Below, one piece after another: positions 11,667 to 20,587 of a stretch of DNA of 34,703 bases. Made by a program: the position numbers and the translations under genes. Numbering within the stretch: position 1 is the stretch's first letter; each line of letters opens with the position of its first letter. The notes below the pieces were generated by a model. It was not told the origin of the DNA. It made no database searches and worked only from the letters and a program-made list of their open reading frames with translations. The stretch is from Thelocarpon superellum (taxonomy: Eukaryota): the NCBI GenBank assembly GCA_026025795.1, contig JAPEUG010000168.1, positions 1 through 34,703 of the forward strand, given 5' to 3'.

Positions 11667-13876
11667 ATGGCGTCCACAGACGAAGGCTTGAAAGAAGACG
11701 TGGAGGCTTGCGGGAGCGTCAATGCGCCGCTCTCTCATAGAGCCGTCGAGACCTTTGCCTGGCGACCGGTGACCGTCACCGTCAAAGATCGGGCCACCAA
11801 GCAGCCACTGGATATCCTCTGCGGGAGCAATGGCTTTGTCAGGGCAGGTGCGTCGAGTGGAGACATACATGGACCATGGGCTGACATGGTCTCCCGACTA
11901 TAGGGGAATTGCTCGCCATCATGGGTCCGTCCGGCTGCGGTAAGACGACCTTACTGAACGTGTTGGCGCACCGGACGGCTGCCTCGGGGCCGAGCATCAA
12001 AGGCGATGTCTTGGTCGATGGACAAGTCATGCCTTGGACCAGCTTCCGTCAGATCAGCTCCTACGTGGAACAGGATGATTCCTTGATCGGCTCCTTGACC
12101 GTCCGGGAGACGCTCGACTTTGCGGCACGTCTCGCACTGCCAGGCTCTGTGAATATACGGGAGCGACGGGACCGCGTCCGGGACCTTCTCACCTCGTTCG
12201 GAATTGAGGGCCAGGCGAACACGCTGATCGGCACCCCGATCCGGAAAGGAATCAGTGGCGGGCAGAAGCGTCGATTGAGCGTGGCCAGCCAGTTGATTAC
12301 TGGCCCCAAGGTCCTCTTCCTTGACGAGCCGACGAGCGGCCTCGACTCCGCCGCGAGCTTTGAAGTGCTCAATTTCGTGCGCAAGATCGCTCGAAAAGAA
12401 AATGTGGGTGACGTCGGCGGAGAGCGCAAGTCGGTCCACGGCTGACTCTCAGGTGCAGCTCATCGTGATTGCGAGCGTTCATCAGCCATCGACCTCGTCG
12501 TTCGCTCTGTTCGACCAGCTGTTACTTCTCTCGAGCGGAAGTACGTGCTATTATGGGCCGACAGGGGCGGCGAAGTCCTACTATGATGCCATGGGTCACC
12601 GGATGCCGCCACAGATCAACCCAGCTGAGTTTCTCTTGGATCTGGTGAACGTGGACTTTGCTGTCGACAAAGCGGAAGCGCTCCAGCAGCTCCTTGGCAT
12701 CCACTCTACGTGGCGTGAATCGACAGAGAATTCGTCCCTGGCGGCCGAGATCCATCGCACCACGGAGCGACAAGATGCGGTCGTCGCTCCCTTTGAGACG
12801 CTCCCTCGCAGCAGTAAGATGCTGATCCCCATCACCCTCTTACATCGATCCTTCATCAAGAGCTACCGCGATGTGGTCGCCTACGGCATTCGACTGATCA
12901 TGTACACTGGTGAGTGTGCCGTATATCTGGCATGGGCTTCCTGCGTTGACGCCGCTAGGCCTGGCTATCATGATGGGGACGGTCTGGCTCCGCCTCGGCA
13001 CGTCGCAAGACGACATCCAACCTTTCATCAATGCCATTGTATGCTGGCATGCCGTCCTCGAAGTCACAATCCCCTGCTGACCGGGGGACCTAGTTCTTTG
13101 GCTCCGCCTTCATGTCGTTCATGGCCGTGGCCTATGTTCCTGCTTTCCTAGAAGATCGTGCGACGTATGTGAAGGAACGGGCCAACGGGCTCTATGGACC
13201 GACCTCGTTCGTGATCGCCAACTTCTTAATCGGACTACCGTATCTATGTGAGTCGTGGAGATCTCCACATCACTTTGTCCGTTGCTCATTCCCGGTGATC
13301 AGTCCTCATCTCTTTCATCTTCTCGTGTATCGCGTACTGGCTGTCGGGATTTCAGCCCACTCCCACGGCCTTTTTCACCTGGATCATGTGGCTCTTCCTT
13401 GACTTGATCGCCGCCGAGTCCTTGGTGGTGCTCATGTCCTCGTTATTTCCCACGTTCGTCATCGCCCTGGCGTTGACAGCATTTGCCAACGGACTGTGGA
13501 TGAGCGTGGGCGGCTTCTTAGTGCCGCCGAGCCTTTTGAATGTCTTCTGGCGCTACGTCTTCCACTACATCGATTACCAGGTACGCGCACCGGCGACGAG
13601 GATAGACTGCAGTACTGACGTGTTGTTGGGTAGACGTACGTTTTTCAGGGAATGATGGTCAATGAGTTTGCGGATCGAACGTATTCATGCGACGCCAACT
13701 GTAACTGCATGTACCAAACTGCGCTGGCGTCTGAGTGCCGCATTGCTGGGGCAGGGGTGTTGGAAGCGTACGGTTACAGCGGAGGGCGAACAGGAGAATG
13801 GGTTGGCATCTTGTTGGGCATCGTGGTGGGCTATCGATTGTTGGGATGGGTCGTGCTGTGGTTGCGGCGGTCTTGA
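11667..13876 (+). CDS. ABCG (White-like) half-size ABC transporter, NBD-TMD order, ~628 aa; exons 11667-11847, 11904-12403, 12459-12909, 12959-13038, 13094-13247, 13303-13580, 13634-13876
   Basis: Walker A GPSGCGKT, signature ISGGQ, Walker B LFLDEPTSGLD and H-loop SVHQP, followed by an ABC2-type membrane domain. Six GT-AG introns; 1887 nt in frame. Confidence 0.95.
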
Positions 13877-13926
13877 ATCATGAGATGGTGACTTGTGCCG
13901 GAAAGAAGAGACCGTTCTTCTGCCAA

Positions 13927-14476
13927 CGGCCCCCGGCCCCCGGGTCTCGGTGCACGAGTGACTCGGATGACGGTGTTCAACGTAGACAACTATGCTGATG
14001 ATATGGAGGGGGGCCAGGAGCCGCGACACTCGACGATAGGAACTAGTAGTTTGTAGTGCAGAATAGAATTTAAGTCTATCGAACGTCGCGGCTCCCTGGC
14101 CCCCAAGGTCCTTGTGGGAAGAAGAGACGATCCCATCGATGTGTGATTATGTTGACGCCTTAAGCGGGGGCCGGGAGCTGCTACTACGACGGACTATAAC
14201 GCTGAGTGCGATACATCAGGAATTCGCTAATTCGCTAATTCGCGAATTCCTGATGTGTCGCACTCAGCGTTATAGTCCGTCGTATGCTACGTCCGACAAT
14301 CAACTTAGCTTCCACCCGTATTCGTACAGAGGAAGCTAAGTCTATCGTCGAACGTCGCAGCTCCCCAGCTCCCCGGCTCCCGGAACTTTTGAAGGAATAA
14401 GAAGCGACGCCAACCACAGATGCTTAAGTCGACAGTGTAACCGGGAGCCGCGACGTCCAACGAACAGCTTAGCATC
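13927..14476. repeat. Degenerate tandem array (~3 units, period ~157-164 bp once the insertion is removed) of alternating inverted ~33-bp arms; possibly tandem old MITE copies with TA|AGT...ACT|TA ends
   Basis: Arm consensus GGGAGCCGCGACGTTCGACGATAGACTTAG. Forward copies lie at ~14009-14046, 14166-14184+14291-14313 and 14441-14476. Reverse-complement copies lie at ~13927-13946 (degenerate), 14070-14104 and 14331-14365. Confidence 0.8.
14185..14284. mobile_element. 100-bp palindromic non-autonomous DNA element (MITE-like) with 43-bp inverted arms and a 6-bp target-site duplication
   Basis: Arms 14185-14227 and 14242-14284 are reverse complements with 1 mismatch, around a 14-nt loop. TGCTAC is directly repeated at 14179-14184 and 14285-14290. 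Removing the element plus one TSD restores a repeat arm that aligns ungapped (27/33) with 14441-14473. Confidence 0.85.
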
Positions 14477-14753
14477 TACTCGAAAGAAATAGTAGGCTGA
14501 ATAAGCTCTCTATCGGGGCCGCTGATTTGCCACTGCGTCATTGACTTCGCCGAATCCAAACCAAAGTATATCGGCGTCTGCCTAGAGATAGGATTTGTAG
14601 CGGAAACTTCCTATAATTGCATGTTCCGATATCATCACCCACGTATTGGCACAGGTTGCTCGGTTTTTGTGCACATGTCACGAGAAGACTCTGGCCGCCC
14701 GCCGAGATCATGACCTCACACCGACTAAGCGGTTGCTGAGCGCGTCGACAGCC

Positions 14754-15999
14754 ATGGCAGATGACAGGCCCACCACGCCGCCTCCGAGTGCCCGGCCAGC
14801 GACGCATGGCACGCCATCGAGGTCGCCGTTGACGCCGGAGCAACTGCGTCGGATTGTAAGCATCCCGACTGAACAAGCACAACAGATATTCTGACGCGCC
14901 GGGTGGCTCAGGAGGTCAACCGTCTCAAGGCCAAGGCCCGTCGAGATCAGAGCGAGGCCCAGCTTCGTCAGGCGGGCCCTTCGACCGGCGGCCCCAACGC
15001 GGGCCAGAAGCGGTCATACGTGTCGACGACAGCGAACGTGCCAGCTACATTACGAGACGGCCGGAATGGCACGCCGGGCACCAATGCCGGCGATGCACGG
15101 AAACCCCATGAGGACATCCAGCCGGCTCAGAAATTTACCAAGTTTGTCGAGTATGACTTTAGCAAGATGACGGATACGAAGGGGGGCTTCTTGACGGCGG
15201 AGGACGACCCTTACAACAAGGCGCTTCACACGCCGGCGGCCGAGGAGAAGCCGGCGCACATGACGATGCAGGAGTGGGAGCGAGCACGCCTGCTGCGATC
15301 GCTCCGACATCAGAAGGCGGGTCCGTTTGAGCCGGGGATCAGTGCGACGAAGAACGAGGAGCACAAGCGGTGCGCCGAGTGCGGCTCACTGGAGATCGAC
15401 TGGACGTGGGAGGAGGTCTTTGGCTGTCGGGTGTGCGGCGGATGCAAGGAGAAGTTCCCCGACAAGTACAGCCTCCTCACCAAGACGGAGGCACGCGAAG
15501 ATTACCTCTTGACCGATCGTACGTCATCCGCACTCAAGATCACTTTGACCCCCACTGACCTATATGCCGGGCAGCTGAACTCAAGGACGAGGAGCTCTTG
15601 CCCCACCTTGAGCGTCCCAATCCTCACAAGTCGTCGTGGAACAACATGATGTTGTATCTACGCTATCAGATCGAAGCCTACGCTTTCTCGGCGAAGAAGT
15701 GGGGGTCGCCCGAGGCGCTGGACAAGGAGTTTGAACATCGAGAATCGGAGAAGAAACGGCGGAAAGAGGACAAGTTTCGATCGAAATTACACGAGCTCAA
15801 GAAGCGCACGCGCGTGGAAGCCTACCGGCGCAGTCGCGCACAAGGAGCAGGCGACCGAGACGCGGCGTTTGGTGACGTAGTGGGTCGCGAGGGGAAGCAT
15901 CAACACGAGTGGGGTCGGACGATAGACAATCCCGAGACGGGCATCGGCGTCAAAACGTGCATCGAATGTGGCATGGAGGTTGAGGAGCTAGAATTCTAG
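14754..15999 (+). CDS. RAD14: DNA repair protein Rad14 / XPA, ~377 aa; exons 14754-14855, 14912-15518, 15575-15999
   Basis: EYDFSKMTDTKGGFL, a C4 zinc finger (CAEC...CGGC), KYSLLTKTEAREDYLLTDPEL, NPHKSSWNNMMLYLRYQIE and C-terminal CIECGMEVEELEF. 1134 nt in frame. Confidence 0.96.
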
Positions 16000-16926
16000 C
16001 TTGCGGCGGGGTGTCCTCATGTTCCCGTTACCGTGGCGGACCGGAGTATCACGACCACGCGAGCGCGAGCTTTACGGATTAGCAGTAGAACCGTTGAGAT
16101 GCATGTCCTAGAGCGCACGAGTGACGGCCAGAGGGGATTCTACATATTCTGTCGGGGACTACCCCGTCAGAGCTCGGACGGTTATCCCTCCATGGATCCC
16201 CCGGGGTGTCGTATTGGCGTATGTCCTGGTAGATGACGGAGGCGGTGGCTGGATCTGGTTGGACGGCGCAGGGGATCAGTCTCGGCCGCGGTGGCACGAT
16301 AGGTAACGTGCCGGGGGCGGACCGCTGGTAGTCACGGGAGTAGTTGGTTCAGGTACCAGAGGCTGTGGGCGACTTGGTACTGGTTCCCGCGTACCGCGGG
16401 CGCTGAGTCGTACCTCGAACTCTGGCTCGTTCGCTCGCTCGCTTGCTCGCCAGTCTGCCGGCCCGCTTGCCCAGGTCCTCCTGTTCAAGGCCAAGGTCAA
16501 GTGCGACAGGCGGTCCTGCAGGATCCGCTGCACGGCCACGGCGGCCAGTTCAGCGCCAAGACTCCAAGTCCCGAGCATCACGGTCACGTCAAAGGGCAGC
16601 GAGCATCAACCGCCGTGCCATCCGCCGTCCGCCACCTGCCACGAGCTTCAACGGCCAGTAATCGACGCCTTCACCACGCTTGCCGCTCGCCTGTCCCTCT
16701 CTCCTCTCCAGTTTGCGTAGATGCTACGCGCTTGAGCATCCTTTCCCCATCACCGGCTCCCTCGCCATCACGTCTGATTCTCGTCTCACGCTTTCAGCTC
16801 CCGGCATCCGCCGCGTTCGCAACGCTTCGGCTACACCCATTGCCGCCAAGACGTCTCCTCACACTCGACACGACCCATCATCGACGCTGACGGCTTCTGG
16901 TGTCGCGGTGGGGGCTGAAGGCGGCG

Positions 16927-19821
16927 ATGGCCTGGCAGTCTCCATCGGCCATGGCCGGCAATGGCGTTCCCGGCGGTGGTCCGGACGCATCACACAACAA
17001 TCCGTCGGCGCAGTCTCTGGGCACCGAATACACGCTGCAAGGTGAGTGCTATGCCATCCCCGCGCTCCCGCGCTCCCGCGCTCCCGTGCGAGGCGTCCAG
17101 CCGCGATCCCTGTCGCGCCGTCGTGGCCATTCACTGATCTGGGCTCGTGCCGCAGGCGTCATGCGTTTTCTGCAGACTGAATGGCATCGCCACGAGCGTG
17201 ATCGGAACGCGTGGGAGATCGAGCGCGCTGAGATGAAGGCGCGCATCGCCAAACTCGAAGGCGAGAACCGGTCCAGCAAGAAGATGCAGGACTCCCTGTC
17301 CCGGCATATCCACATGCTGGAGCAAGCCTTGAAGCGCGAACGAGACAAGACGAATGCGGTCGCATCCGGCGAGACCGCGGCCGGGGTTACGAAAGACCCC
17401 GACCCGGCCGTGGCAGAGAAGGCCAAGAATGGCTCCCGGGGGGGGTCCACCGAGAGCAAAGGTACGCTGGACGACCACATGGTGGGGAAGAGGATACTCA
17501 ACCGGACTGCAGTCTCTTCGAAACCGTCCAATGCCCCGTCGGACATTGTGCCGGAAGACCCATCGCCGTATCGGCAAGACTCACAACGGAACAAATCGCG
17601 AACGTATCTGGAAAAATGTCTACAGGAGATTACCTATCTTCTTACCCCCCCTTCACATCCGCCCCCATCCCAGCATACGCATCTGGCCGCGCAGGACATG
17701 GTCATGGCCCAAGTCTTTCCTGGACAGCAAGGCTCACAGCCGACTCTCGAAGAAGTGTACATGCAACAGCAGCATCAGCATCAACAGCAGCAGCAGCAGC
17801 AACAGCAACAACAGCAGCAGCAGCAGCAGCAGCAACAACAACATCGGCAAAAACATCAACAGCAATCCTCTTCGGCGCTCTCTCACCAGTCCGCCATCCC
17901 GAATCACCACCCGCCTCCGGTCCCATCGCTCTCTGACATGCCGAGTCTCTCCCATTCGTTGAACTCCTCTCAACACCCTCCATCCCTGTCTCACCAGCTT
18001 GTCGATCAGCAACCGCTACCGCAAGGTACGCCACACTTGCTCATGGACCCTCTTTCATCGCAGCAAGTGCAAACGCCCACGACCTTTTCGTCCAATGATG
18101 AAGCAGCTTCGCGCGCCGCGCAGAGCATGGACTCCTTTGCCCGGCCGATCCCGCCCAGGCAGAACGATGGGGTGGCCGCGCCGGTGGATGACGCGGACGC
18201 CGCTGACACGGATGGCTGGAACTTTGATGATCCCATAGTCGTCCCCAGTCAGGATCCTGAGCACCTTCCACAGCGACCCGACACCGACCTCTTCCCGAAT
18301 GCGAATCATATTCCGTCCAAGTCACCCCCGCCTCGTGCCGGCCTGGCGTCACATCGGCGAAAAGCATCCATGTCACGGCGGCGGAGCGACGGGACGGGCA
18401 CACACGAGTCACAAGGACAAGGACCGTTGCTGTCACCCGGCAGCCAGAGCCACATGCGCGCGGATTCGGCCAGCTTCAAAGTCCGCTTCGCCTTGCGTGG
18501 TCATCTCGATGTCGTCCGCGCCGTCATCTTCACCGGCGGCGGCAGTCCATCTGAGCCCGAGATCTGTACCACGGGCGATGACGGCGTCATCAAGCGGTGG
18601 ATTATCCCGGCCAGCTACGGCAGCTTCGGGCCCCACGGCGGCGTGTCGTCTAATGACCTCGACATCACCAGCTACTTCACCCATCGCGGACACAGTGGCG
18701 TGGTGACGTCGTTAGCCGCGTGCCCCTCGGCGCCCAATTTTTCCACCGGCGGTCGTGCGCTCGGGGACGGATGGATCTTTTCGGGCGGGCAGGACGCGAC
18801 GGTACGGGTGTGGGAGCGGGGACGGGTAGACCCCAAGGCTACCCTGGACGGGCACACCGATGCCGTGTGGAGCGTCTGCGTCTTGCCGGGGACCACCGCC
18901 GCCGTCTTTGGCGGAGAGAGCAGCAACTACGGCGGCTCCGACCGGATCTTGCTGGCCTCCGGAGCAGCAGATGGCACGGTCAAGATCTGGGCCGTTAGCG
19001 CTCCGCCGCAGCTCACCTCGCCTCATTCAGGATCGCGCCGTGGCGTGGGTGGCAGTCGACGGCACTCTGTCACGTCCGGCTCCGGCTTTCCTTCATCGCC
19101 GCAGCCTTCGACGGCGACGAGCACTCCGTTTCACTACACGCTCGTCCACACCATCAATGGCCCCGAGCTGAACGCGTCGCCCACTTGCATCAACAGCGTG
19201 TCGCTGAATGGCGATACATTTGTCGTCTCCTACACCAATGCGTCGGTGCTCATCTACGACACGCGAACGGGCGAGGAGGTGGTGGGCATGGCCAGTCTCG
19301 AGACCTACGATGGCACGCCCGCCACGGGCGTCAATTCTGTCGTTGCTACGACGATCGGCTTGGAGGGCACCTCGCGCCTGGACTCGGCCCGCGGCGTCGG
19401 CGAAGAAGAAGGCATGGTGCACGGAGCGACGGGCTCGTCGGGGGTCGATGGCGTGGTGATTAGCGGGCACGAAGATCGATATATTCGGTTCTTCGATGCC
19501 AACAGCGGTCAGTCTTTCACGCTCTCCCGTCCTCACCCGATGGCTAACGGATGCATTCCAGGGCAATGCACATACACGATGCTCGCGCACCCCTCAGCCA
19601 TCGCGTCTCTCTCGCTGTCGCCCGACGGCCGCGAATTGGTCTCGGCCGGACATGACGCCAGCCTGCGCTTCTGGTCGTTGGAGAAGCGCAGCTGCACGCA
19701 GGAAATCACCAGCCACCGACTGATGCGCGGCGAGGGCGTGTGCGCCGTTGTCTGGTCGCAGGACGGTCGGTGGGTCGTCAGCGGTGGCGGCGACGGCGTC
19801 GTCAAGGTTTTCGCCAGATGA
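16927..19821 (+). CDS. pro11: Striatin (STRIPAK scaffold; Pro11/HAM-3/StrA/Far8 orthologue), ~891 aa spliced; exons 16927-17041, 17156-17461, 17513-19507, 19562-19821
   Basis: N-terminal striatin domain [42 protein letters not shown], then [13 protein letters not shown] and C-terminal WD40 repeats (GH...WE, [9 protein letters not shown]). Confidence 0.95.
   Translation: [964 protein letters not shown]
17058..17088 (+). repeat. Octamer tandem repeat (CCCGCGCT)x3+ in striatin intron 1
   Basis: ccccgcgctcccgcgctcccgcgctcccgtg. Confidence 0.8.
17764..17865 (+). repeat. CAG/CAA trinucleotide repeat encoding polyglutamine (uninterrupted run of ~20 Q at 17782-17841)
   Basis: Direct reading of cag/caa codons inside striatin exon 3. 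Confidence 0.95.
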
Positions 19822-20587
19822 CGACGACGATAGTAACGGTGATGCAACTCTGCATCCTTCTCCTCCTCCCTCTCCTTTCCTTGTCCCACTTCTACCTCTC
19901 TGCTCGACGGAGCAACAAGGCATGCATCTACGTGATCATACAACGGACGGCAAAACGGACGACTGGTGGACGAGCAGCCCGACGGAAAACGGACGAATAT
20001 ACCCAAGGTACAAGAGCGAGCTAGAGGGGCATCATGTACACACGGAGACAGATGAGGACAGGGCATGGTATGGCATGACATGGGCATGGAAGGGTGGGGT
20101 CACTTTCGGGAGGCAAGAGAGGGGAAGAGAACACCGAGATGTCTGAAAGAAGATAGAAGAGGGAAGAAAGACGGGACAGGAGCCGATGCGAGTGAGGAGT
20201 ACGAATGAGGAGGAGAAGAGCAAGAAGAGGGGCGGACCGACGGAGCGACGGGACGAGAGCACGATGTTAGCTCACATTGTCTTTTGTTCCATGTACAGAT
20301 TTACACAACCACATTAGCCCTTTATCGACATACCTACTTATCTCCCCACCTAGAGAGGAGAGGGAGAAGGACGATTCAGAAACGATGCGGGGTATTTCCT
20401 TAACCAGATGACTTTTCAGATGTTGTACCATGACTCTATCTCTGGAAGAGGTACGGTTGAATCGGCACATTATTATGTACTATGTATACTGGAGGAGAGA
20501 AGAAGCGTGTGAGCCACACATCTCCTTCCCCCCTTCTTTCCCCTTCCTCTGCCTCTCCCTCTCCTCTCCCTCTCCCTTTCCTCTCCC

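Noticed and set aside
14187..14282. Reading the palindrome as a Tc1/mariner MITE with a TA TSD
   Set aside because: Excision on that model leaves an extra TATGCTAC and does not restore the host repeat arm; the 6-bp TGCTAC duplication does.
13927..14476. CRISPR-like repeat-spacer array
   Set aside because: The repeats alternate in orientation and are degenerate, the long spacers are homologous to one another, there are no cas genes, and the context is eukaryotic.
18026..18067. Fourth striatin intron (CAAG|GTACGC)
   Set aside because: The nearest CAG gives a 38-nt frameshifting intron and the in-frame alternative needs a rare AAG acceptor; the unspliced frame is open.
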